NCBI GenBank assembly: GCA_000708835.1
Contig: DF237035.1
Location: forward strand, 156,263 to 220,262
Direction of reading: 5' to 3'
DNA from: Klebsormidium nitens
Taxonomy: Eukaryota; Plantae; Klebsormidiophyceae
Length of the DNA stretch: 64,000 nt
Position 1 is the first letter of the stretch; each line of letters begins with the position of its first letter. The position numbers were made by a program, and so were the translations under genes. This document shows positions 21,964 to 32,459 of the stretch, one piece after another. Below the pieces are notes generated by a model. It had not been told where the DNA came from and searched no databases. It saw nothing but the letters and a program-made list of their open reading frames with translations.

Positions 21964-22819
21964 GCTCGTCTTAGAAACTCTTGGGATATCTACTTATAGT
22001 GAGATGACATCGTTTCTCGCTCCGATCTGTCCTGTTCTTCGAGAATAATACTGTGTACTTTGAAGGTATTAGCGGGATGTATTCCGTACAGTCTTAGTTT
22101 AGAACTTGTACATAAAGCTACGGCGAAGCTATAGGGACGTTGCGATTCTGCCAGTGCTGATAAATGTTCTTGTTCGCATGTTGCAATATTCTTCATCTTC
22201 CCGCCCATTGCATTGTAGAAGTGCACCGATGCATGTACCAAGCTTGACAATTATCGGTCAAGAATCATGCAGGGTATGCAACAGGAGCCGACTCATGACG
22301 GTCACTGGGGGGGTATCTGATAATGCTTGGCACTTGCAGAAGCCACAGGCTCCGGCTAACAAAGTTGCATTCGTTCTCCAAAAGACCTTAAGTCTACCGA
22401 CTCTATCAAAAGCCGGAGCTGCCATGCACTACCGTAATGGACGTGGTCCATGCACGTGAGCGTGTGCGTTGGATGCTGGAGTACAGGTGGGTTCGTCAAT
22501 CGTCTCTTCTACGTCTGCCTTACTCAGCAGCCACTGACCAGAAACCTGCTGACAACCTGTTCGGCGGGCCAGTCTCCAGACGCTGGGTGCATGGGCAGTT
22601 CGACGATAATCAGCTAGTGCCACGCTGCGCGATCCAAGGATCTGACATGGTAAGACTTTCACCGAGGGCCCGAGAGTTGTCCGGTTGTGCAGGTCAAGTC
22701 ACTGTTTGGGCGAACAAACTGATGATTGAGTATCGCTTCGTTACTCGCGTGCTGAAGTTGGAAGGACTTGCTTGCGCGCGCCCGCTGCGGCAGATTTCTA
22801 GGGGCACGCGTGACGCGAG

Positions 22820-23510
22820 TGGATGTTGAGGTACATAATGCACATGCATGCTACGGTTTCAAAGGCATGCATGATGCAAGCTTCAGGCAACCGCCTCAAC
22901 GTGTCAAAACCAATTGAGTGACTGCCTGTTTGAAGTCGGTACGATAAACCGCTTACCTGGCCCGGGTATGTCGTGGCTCCAGAGTAGCCTCGCTTTGGAG
23001 ACTGGACGCACTTCTCTGATGACAACATACCGTGTTGATAGTCTTGAGGCCGCCGTTTTAGTAGGGTCAACGTTTGGCGGCTGCGGTCCAGGGGGGTTCT
23101 GTTCTCAATGATTGGCAGGCTTGCATGTCACATGACCGGCATTCAAGTTTCAATTGCGTGCGCCGTGACAGATCCGGTATCATCCGGGGTTCAATGCATC
23201 CATAATACAACGCCTGGAATTACATCATCTCAAATTCCTCAGGGGTGCTTTAAATTGTCTGCATGATTGGCATGTGCAGATGTGGAGCCCACCAGTCACG
23301 TTTCTCATGATGTCCGAGCTTGGACTGGCACAGCACTCCCGCGTAATGTGCACGCGGCGCGTGCACTCATGTGTCAGACCTCGACTGAGCACGTCAATGC
23401 ATGCAGCCAGTACGGACATGAGAGTCTTAAGAAGGAAATTGCGGTCACTAAGATAGATTTTATATATTACTTGACCTAAGTATTCGCCCACTAAGCACAT
23501 AATGCATCAT
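22820..23510. repeat. CATG/TGCA-rich convergent intergenic tract
   Basis: Repeated cacatgcatgc, ggcatgcatgatgca, tgcatg and atgcatgca words between the 3' ends of UBE2W and the TPR gene. Confidence 0.55.
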
Positions 23511-24097
23511 GTAACGCACCGGACTTATTGAGACTGATCGGTTTCATTACAAGCGCCTGTACATGCTGTCAGCACGGATACAGATACCCTAAGTACGATT
23601 CTCTCCTCCATTCGAGTCTACGGTGCGGTAGCTCTGCGTAACCTCAACACACAAAAATGAGACGCCGTCAGTTCTCGCGTAGGATTGCTTCTGTGATTTC
23701 AGCGCATAAAAAGTCACCAAATCCTTCCGTCTTCTTGGACCACATGACCACATGGGATAAGAGCTCCTAGCTGCATCAACTCGCACTTCTTGCCTTTCCA
23801 GATCACAACACGGACCTGCCTCGACGTCAAACTTTCCCGCATGTGACTAACAGAGGATATCGCCATCAGCCGTCTACTTTGGCAAAATTCACAACCCAAC
23901 CATGTGGGCTTTCTGCAGACGAAGCCACAGGTTTCGTGGCTCGGAAGACTCCAGCTGGCAGTCATTCATTGGAGCTCGGTGCCCCTTCACACCGTGCGGG
24001 AGCGACAATGGAGAAGCGGACTCGAGCCAAGACCGTACAGCCTTTAGGCCTCCGTAGGGAGTGGACCGGATACACGTGGCGCCGTGTAATTGGGCGG

Positions 24098-27000
24098 CTA
24101 TTGCTGTAGGGTGATGAGCCTCTCCATTGCCTCAAGTAGACTGGGGGGCCATTGCAGGGCAGCCCTAGCAAACCTGGGAGGGGAAATGACGAATCAGACC
24201 GTTGCAAACCTACGAATCGGTATTCCTGGGTGTCGGGAGATTCGAATGGAGAAGGGAGCGTGTAGTCTCCTAGATAGATAAGATTAAACCGTTGAAGCAA
24301 GCAACGAAGCACCGAAAAAGAACGCGGATTGGTCCTTCACTGGAAGGGAGGTCCACTTGTCGAGCCCATATGTTGAAGTGCCTACGTTACACAGAAAGAT
24401 ATTTTGTGGACTCTTCTGAAGATGGCGCCGACTTTTGACTACGGCCGCCTGCCTTACCTCTGGACGACGCGAAAGTGGGTGAGGGAGTCCGATCGGACTC
24501 GATCGACGGTCTAGAACGTAGATAATGAGAACGCTCCTTGCTTCGCTCAAAGAAAGTTGCCAAAGAGTCCATTTCCAACTCCACTACCTGTCCCACACTC
24601 CAAGCCGACCATCGACATTGAAACGAAAGTGAAGCGAGACTGAAGCGAAATTGAAGCGATTGCGTTTCGAAGCTCTCAGAGAGATTGGACCCTCACTTCA
24701 TGGTCCCAAGTCGGGGCTCCTGCGTGGTCGCCGCGTTGAGCTCCCCCTCCGCACGCGCACGCTTCCCCTGGCTCCACAGAATGGCCGCAAGCGCCGCGTG
24801 CGCCTCGGCGTAGTTGGGGTACTTGCGCACGATGCTGCTGATCTGCTGCGCCGCCTCGTCGGGCCGCTTCAGCTGCGGACAGAGCGGGGAGAAACGCTGG
24901 GTGTCCGTATGATCAAGAAGGGTGCGAAGGAGCTTTGAATGAGTGTCCGAACGGGTGGCGAGGTGTCCGAACGAGCTCAAATCAGCGCCCACAGGTTGCT
25001 AAGTATCAAACGAGCTCACATGAGCGTCCGAACGGGTTACGAAGTAATCAAACGAGCTCGAGTGAGCGTCCCCATGCGTGTTGAGCTTACGTTGCGTTCA
25101 AAAAGCCTCCAAAAAGCGTCCAGATGCAATGAAAGTACTCAACAGGAATCCCGTTCGTCCCGTTGAGGACAGGGCGGAAAAGATAGATCGAGCGTCCGAT
25201 TTGTTGCTGCAAGTTTTCCAAGTACCTTCAAGTGTGTGCTAAAGGTACTCCTTTGAACACACGGTTGATTTTGCGGACGCGAACGAGCCTGTACCTAAAA
25301 ACCTCAGATGAGAGGATGGAGACTCGGCAGTTTCCAATCGACGCGAAACCTTACCTGGAAAAGAACGGTGGCTGCTCGTAGCCGGTACCCCGCAATCCCG
25401 GGGGCTAGGTCAGCCGCTCTTTGATAATCGGAAAGAGCGCCGCTGTAGTTTGCAACTCGCGTCTCAACGTTCCCCTTGTTGAACCAGGCCGCATACTCTC
25501 GAGGGTCATTCTTAATAGCAGCGTCACAGTCGTTAATTGCTTCTGGATATCGGGCGAGAGCCTGCAAATGATTAGGGCAGTCTTTCAGGGCGTTCCTTGG
25601 GCGCTCTATCTGCATACAGGTGTATGAGGCAACCATGAATCGCCAAGAATAGCAAGTCCTCCAAACCTGGTTGAAAGAGGACAGACTAGGTTCATTGCTT
25701 GTTGGTGGTTGTCTTAAGAAGACAGACTTCGTTGGACCAAACACCAAATTACGGGAGGACTGTACGGCAACGACAAAAGAGAGTCACGACAAGCGGGGAA
25801 CCTTTCGAACTAGGAAGAAGACTGATCGAGACTTTCGAAAAGCAAATGATACCAGTAGTCGAGCAAAAGAGTAGGCAACGTGTCCGTTCGCTTTGCGAAT
25901 AAAAGATCCCCGCTCCTTACAGAAGGCCTGTCTCAAAACGTCTACAGCTGATCCCGACTTCAGAGCGGAACAGTATTGGAAGTACAAGACTTGCAAATTT
26001 ACACCCCTCCTTCGAGGATTCTTCCCGCAGCCTGATGCTGTGCACTTTAGCTATATAGATAGTTGCCAATGCAATAGATACGTTAGTGCAATGAGGACCC
26101 CTCCAGGCCGCTCGAACTTCGAAACGTGATTCCTACCTCATATGCGATCGCTCTGTTCAAATATGGCACTGATGCCGTCGGCGCCAGTTCGATTGCTCTT
26201 GAAAAGTCCGCCGCCGCAGCTTCGAACTTTCCTAGGGAGAGCCGCACACTGCCCCGGTTGCTCCAAACGGAAGCGGAGTCAGGAACCTCCTTCAGAATGT
26301 CGCTGAACATGTCTTCGGCACGTGCAAAGTCCCCCGCAACTGTCCCATTGAAACTTGAAAGACTCAAGAATGAGCAATCATGGTTCCTGGTTGCTTTAGC
26401 ACCTTCCGGACCGCAACACCAATTAGAACTTGCTTCACCGGAGGCATTGAACAGGCAGTGAAGACCTGTACTCACGTCAGATGGACTGGCAGTTTGGCGG
26501 CACGGCAGTTTCGAGCTTCTTGATACTTTCGTCGTGTCACAAGCGTGATTAGTTGGTGGGGCACAATACATCGGTGGGGCTGGGCGGAACACTGACACAC
26601 ATCAAATGACCGTCATCATCTCTGACACAGCAAACGCGGCAGCTCTCAAGTGGCAAACAGCCCTCCGTATCTGCAGGTAACGCCATCGCTGACCACACTG
26701 GTGGCGCCTATCCCCTCTCTTATCGGGGGGGGGCAGATCAGAGTCTGAAGAAGACCATTGCGACACATCCCCTTATGGAGTCCGTGCTCCGGCGGGCCTG
26801 CATGCAAGAGAGCCAGAAACCAAAGCCGTTTGACCATGGCATTCGAGCCTAATGAGCTCACCCGCAGCTTCAAGCGCCTGGCGCAGCTCCGTGTTCTCAA
26901 CATCTGCAAGCCTCACATTGTGGTTGGGCTCTGCCCACAAAACCCCGGGGGCCGCAGCGCTGAGTGTAAGGGCAGTCAACGCAGCCCCCACATTGCGAAG

Positions 27001-27312
27001 GATCTGTCGCCGACTCGACCGGCTGCTTTCACTGCTGGTGTCTTGAACGGAGGCGCTGGGCTCTGATTGGTGTTGCTCAACAGAGGAGGTTTGGATAAGG
27101 GAATTTGAGGGAGGCCGAACTCGGCATTGGCAGGGACATTGCTGTTCTTGCATGTGGTGCAAGCGCCTGTTCGAACCGGCAGCTTTCTGTGAAGACAACG
27201 GTGTTAAGAAGTTGCTCGTGAGAATCTGATCAGCATTGCGCGTCGGTTGTTTGTGCAGGAGGGTGTAGTTTACGTGAGTGGTAGTCTTGCAAAACGTTGT
27301 TGACGACGCCAT
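24098..27312 (-). CDS. Thylakoid-lumen-targeted TPR protein of the cyanobacterial-type TPR family
   Basis: Exons 26862-27312, 26137-26339, 25355-25561, 24697-24872 and 24098-24173 splice in phase. A Ser/Thr-rich transit peptide is followed by the Tat-like SRRQILRNVGAALTALTLSAAAPGVLWA. TPRs include ASVWSNRG..LG, VPYLNRA and AAWFNKG; the C-terminus has VRKYPNYAEAHAALAAILW and QWPPSLLEAM. Confidence 0.85.
24940..25075. repeat. Degenerate intronic minisatellite
   Basis: Recurrent atgag(t/c)gtccgaacg(ggt/agc) and atcaaacgagctc blocks in TPR intron 3. Confidence 0.7.
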
Positions 27313-27699
27313 TGTGACTAGCTCAACGCTGATCGTGTACAAGTTCAACACAGTTTAGCAAGCATTTGAAGACGCCTGCATCGCTTCAAGCTGTACGTAC
27401 GGTGCTTTCGGCAGCTCAACTGCGGTTAAGCTAACTGCGTTCTAGCCAACCCAGAACCTCAAACCCACAGCCGGTGGTGGTAGCTAGAGCTAACCCCGGG
27501 TTAATCTCGAAATAGGGTTTTGACGCCCTCAATCAAACCACTGAGCTGAGGCCCTGCATTCCTGCGCAGTGACACATTGTAGGAAGACCAATGCCAATGG
27601 CAACACTGACAAAAGTCGCAAGGTAGGTGTTTTAGACAATCAATTGCAGAGGTCGTTCAGGTTTCTCGTCTAGCTTTGATCTAGCCCTGCCGCTGCACG
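27313..27699. promoter_or_regulatory. Compact bidirectional promoter region between the TPR gene and ThiM
   Basis: The two start codons are divergent and 387 bp apart. A telo-box-like tagggttt lies at ~27514. Confidence 0.45.
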
Positions 27700-30600
27700 A
27701 TGGCGGCTGCAACTCACGGCGCCAACGTATGGGCCGCCCTGGCTTCGGTTCGGGCCAAGAATCCGCTGGTCCAGTGCATTGCAAACTACGTGAGCATGGA
27801 CCTGGCGGCCAACACGTTACTGGTGAGGGCCTCGCCAACTGATGTGCACCTCAACAAGGGAGAATGCAAGGATTTCAAAGTGCTTATGTCAATCTCCAAC
27901 AGCATTGCACGCCGCTTTTTGGTTTTCTTGGTTTCGTTCTCTGCTTCTTGACTCTTAAATGGGTGTCTCGGGTTGGGCGCTTGGGTGCTTTTTCTGAGTG
28001 AATGAATGCCTGATCTAGATTGGAAGTCATTAAGGGCTAGAAGCCGCCAATGTATCCCCCTTCCGCAGCATCGACTACAAAAGCTGGCGCTTATGCTGGA
28101 AAACTATATCTACTGTGCCCTGGAGCATGGCATCTGCTTTGAGCGCCCATTGTTTGGATCAGCGCAAATAAATTTCCTGAATTAGCTGCTCGAATGTGCA
28201 GGCGGCCGGAGCGTCCCCTGCTATGGTGCATTCAGCAGAGGAGGTGGAGGAGTTTATACAGGTAGGCGCTCTGCCGCTCGTGCCGTCCCAGAGCCCCCTC
28301 TTCACAAAGACCAAACAAGCAACTTCAGCCTTATTGTTCAGACTATTCTGGTCTGTTCCTCAAGGTTTTCGCCTGGCCTGGACGATGAACTTTCAATCAT
28401 CATAAGCAGGTTCAATGGACAGAAAGCATTGCTCCTCAATCTTGTCACTCCTCCCACCGCACCAACCCTCCATCGTCTCCATAATCTGCACGTTGACACC
28501 ACATCACCATTTCATGACATTTGCAGATTGCTGGTGCTTTGAGTGTCAACATCGGCACACTATCGCCTCCCTGGGTAGAAGGGATGCGCCGTGCCATAGC
28601 AGGCGCTAAAGAGGCGGGCAAGCCATGGGTTTTGGACCCAGTAGGAGTTGGGGCCACCACTTATCGAACAAAAGTGAGCCCTTTCTGTCATCTCGGCCCA
28701 ATCTTGGGCCAAGTGCAGTCCCGTTTTCTCATATGTGGCAAATCGCACATGCTCTCGCGTCTGCTTATCAGCCGGCCAAGCCGGACTTCTCTTTGCAATG
28801 ACGAGTCGACGAGTGCTCATTGCCGGAATTCAGGACGGCTCTTTCTTTTCTGCAGCTCCTTAACAAACCTTCTCACACCTTTCTCTGCTCATGCAGATAT
28901 GCCAGGAGTTGATAGCAATGGGCCCGACAGTGATTAGGGGCAATGCGTCTGAGATCCTGGCAGCGGCGGGGGCAGCCACTGAAGCTACCAGGGTAAGATT
29001 TGCGCCCCCTGATATTTCCCTTTGCAAAGGTGTCATGAGGGGGGGCGGAAACTGCTTTTGACATTCGGGCCTGCTTTCAAATCGACGATGTGCGCGCCCT
29101 CAGAGCCGATATTCGAACCCGAATGACACAAACTTCTGGAAAAGCAAGATCCAGGATGTTTGAAGATATAGAGGCTCTCGAGCATGGCTCGTTGCTGACA
29201 GCCCTCTGTGTGGATATGAAAATTGCGGCAATCCCATGTTGCAGCGAGCTCTTCCATAGTTCGGTCCTCATTTCTCGAAAAACTTTCAGCTATAAGTTCT
29301 CGAAAGTTGGCGGGCTCCTGGATACTCGGATTGCTCCCCAGATTTGATTCTCTTCTGGCCCAGCAGGGCGTTGACAGCAGTACTTTTGGCACTTTATTAG
29401 AAAAAGCTCGTGAATCTGACTTAAAAATCAATTGCATGATTTGGCGAGCTCTTCCGCAATCCGCGCAGTTTTTTGATAACAGTGTCGTTGTTCTCTCGTT
29501 GTTCTCTCGGGCAGCAGGGCGTTCACAGCTCTGCCTTTGTCACCTTCTCAGATCTGGGTTTCGAAAGTCGACGTGGTGAATTATAGCACAGTTTGGCGGG
29601 CTTTCCAAATACTCGCCCCGTTCTCTCGACAGCCTCGTATCTCTTCTGGGCCAACAGGGCGTTAACAGCTCCGCCTTCGTAACTTGTCAGTATTTGAGTT
29701 TCGAAAGTCGACGTGGTGAATTATAGCCCAGTTTGGCGGGCTTTTCAAATACTCGCCCCGTTCTCTCGACAGTCTCGTATCTCTTCTGGGCCAACAGGGC
29801 GTTGACAGCTCTGCCTTCGTAACCTGTCAGTTTTGAGTTTCGAGAGTCGATGTGGTAATAATCAACGCGATTCGGTGGGCTTTCCAAATTCATTCGCCCC
29901 GTTCTCTCGACAGCCTCATATCTCTTCTGGGCCGACAGGGCGTTGACAGCTCTGCCGCCTCCACAGACGCGCTTTCTGCCGCCAAGCAATTGGCCACTGC
30001 GTGCGGGTCCGTAGTCGCCGTAAGCGGCGCTATCGACCTTATCACGGATGGAAGACGGGTGTTGCGCGTGGCCAATGGGGATCCCCTCCTTCAGGTCAGT
30101 ACCAATTTCGATCCCACCTGTTACGTTGCTTTTTGGCACGACAGTCAAAGCTCGATTTGCCCAGTTAAGCACTGCCTTTTCGGAAAATATGTTGCATCGC
30201 CTTTGCCATACGCTATTGGGGAAAAGATCCGGACACATCAAAGCGAAGGCGGGTCCACAAACACACTTGTTCCCAGTCAAACCTTTGTCACCATTTATTG
30301 CGCAAGAGTTGAACACCGTTCCAAGGAGAACTTGTTTCTGGGTCCCACATGACATTTGATTTCGGAAAGTCGCCCGTTACCCTTCTCCTAACCTCCACAA
30401 GGCCTACCGGATCGGTAAAGTGATACATTCTCAAGTTGAGCTCGAGACCTTGCTCTTTACTTCCCGACCCGAAACGAACACCTGATTCGGCTTGCGTATC
30501 AAATCTACCATCCAAATCTTACCGACTCAATCAGTTCGGAGCGATCTCTCATTATCTCGGTTACGTATCTGAGGAGGGAAAAGAGATGGAGCGCTGTTGA

Positions 30601-31255
30601 CCCCCTCGCGTGTCGGCTGCAGAAAGTGACCGCCACGGGGTGCTCCGTGACGGCGCTAATCGCCGTCTTTCTGGCCGCTAATCCCGAGCTACAGCCCCTA
30701 GAGGCGGCCGCATACACCCTCGCTTATTTCGGGTGAGCTTTTACACGGGCTGTTTGGACCTAACTTTCTATTGGTCGTGGAGGCTACGCTTTTCTACCGG
30801 TCTTACAAGCTCAGCTTCCTACCGCGGTCGGGAAGCAGCCGCCCCCAGTAGCACGCTTCGCTAATTTTCCTTCTTCTCGCGATTCTTGGACCGTGCGAAA
30901 TTTAAGAGGAGCTGCATCAGCGTGGGCGCTTTTCTGCTTGCGCTACAGGTTCTCCGGTAGGATCCGCCGATCTGCTCTTGGTTATGTCTTCCCTTCCGGA
31001 AGTCGGTTAAAGCATCTAATGAACCCTTCTATGGTTGCCAAACTGCTTTTGGCTGTCGTCTTTTCTTTCCGAAGTCGGTTTGAGTATCCAAGTAATCCTT
31101 CTATGGTGGATTTTCGCAGGCTGGCAGCTCAGGTCGCAGTTGAAGCGCACCCAGGGGGACCAGGCACTTTCAGAGCGCACTTTTTAGATGCACTGTACGC
31201 TTTGGGCGAGGAAACCGTGACGCAAGGAGCCCTCGTTTCCGAGGATCCGCTATAA
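27700..31255 (+). CDS. thiM: Hydroxyethylthiazole kinase (thiamine salvage)
   Basis: Exons 27700-27822, 28202-28261, 28527-28673, 28897-28992, 29939-30094, 30623-30732 and 31120-31255 splice in phase. Motifs: [100 protein letters not shown]. Confidence 0.94.
29345..29957 (+). repeat. ~140-bp tandem array spanning the ThiM exon-5 acceptor (4 decoy copies plus the real one)
   Basis: cag|ggcgtt(g/a/c)acagc begins at 29367, 29518, 29658, 29798 and 29939 (spacings 151, 140, 140, 141). Copies share tttcgaaagtcgacgtggtg and cgccccgttctctcgacag. Confidence 0.93.
30986..31108. repeat. ~72-bp tandem duplication at the end of the last ThiM intron
   Basis: The block ttcc(g)gaagtcggtt...ccttctatggt is present twice. 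Confidence 0.75.
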
Positions 31256-31314
31256 CTCGAGTGGAAACCAGGCCACGAGGGAGGCAGCATTAAGCCCCCG
31301 AGAGGAGATTCATT

Positions 31315-31985
31315 ACTGCCATGCATGCCGGTGCAAACGGTGTTGTCTATGTCCTAGCCTGATGATCAGCTGCTTCGAGGCAGCGCATCTGGTCAACTGT
31401 AAGCCTCAAGGCTCAGCCGCCCTGTCTTGCAATTGATTTCTCGCATTGGCCTTACAGCTATCATGCTCGTGCTGCGTTTGAATGTTGATGATATATAGAC
31501 AAGATACTCCTGGCATTGAGAAATGGCCGGGTAGTCGGCGAACATCACACATATCATGCAAGCAAAGTTAGGCTAGCCTGAAGCACGCTTGCATTCCATT
31601 GGCGTGTATGTGCATGCATGCGTGGCCGTCAGCTTTAATCTGTAGAAAGACTCGACTATATAGTCCCTAGCACCTGACACTGAATGTCTACATGATGTTT
31701 TATAAGATCATGTGCTCACAAGCGCGTGCCACTGCGCATGTTTCAAGTTTCTAGTGCATGACAAATACCCGGCGTCAAGCATGCCAAATTTGATCAACCC
31801 CGCCGCGGCCGCGCCATGGAATGATCTGCTGGCGAGCCACATTGCGGCAATGATCAAATGTCCGACGTGAATGATATGGGCTTGAGAAGAGATGCACTAA
31901 ATGGACTGCAAAAGTTTGCATGCAGCTCACCGCGTCAGTGACGATAATTTCCATAATTGCAACTTAAGGCGCTTGCATGTGGCAA
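31315..31985. repeat. CATG/TGCA-rich convergent intergenic tract
   Basis: ccatgcatgcc, tcatgcaa, gtgcatgcatgcg, ttgcatgcag and ttgcatgt lie between the ThiM and coiled-coil 3' ends. Confidence 0.55.
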
Positions 31986-32459
31986 TCAACTGCCCAGGCA
32001 GGCTTACATACCGCGAGTATACCCGGATCGACGCGCCGATTATAGCGGTCGGACAGCTAAGCCCGCCGGCCTTCAAAGCGATCATCTCGATCGAATCTGA
32101 TGCAAGTGATTCTGCCCGCACGGTGAACCTTGCATCAAAAGGGGCCCGTTCAACCTTTTTCAAAAGCGAACTCCAGACGGCCAACAGCTCCATAACAAAT
32201 AACATAAGCTAATGCACATGGATCCAATTTTTTACCGATAAAAGCAATTTGACGATCCAGATTGTACGTATCCAAATTTCTGCTTTTGCCATTGACCGCC
32301 GTCCAGACTCGTGCATTTTCCATGTAGGCTCCACTAGACCGTCCTCTTGACAGAAAGTTTCGATTTTAGAAGTTGACCGTAATATATGTACTAATAAATA
32401 CAGCTGTCACGACAAACTCCAAGTTAGCGGTGCTGAAACGGCACTGCCACGCGCCTTTC

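Noticed and set aside
22000-23110. Several 65-130 aa ORFs after UBE2W
   Set aside because: They have no motifs or exon signals; this is probably 3' UTR or decayed repeat.
29105-29125. tRNA/SINE B-box-like gggttcgaat on the minus strand
   Set aside because: There is no A-box or cloverleaf around it.
29345-29957. CRISPR-like array
   Set aside because: Whole ~140-bp units are similar, with no unique spacers. The context is eukaryotic and intronic, and there are no cas genes.
27700-31900. TPP riboswitch in or after thiM
   Set aside because: I looked for the CUGAGA and GAUC..UAAU..CG.AGGGA aptamer signatures. The only ctgaga is inside coding exon 4 and has no partner motifs. A covariance-model search would be decisive.
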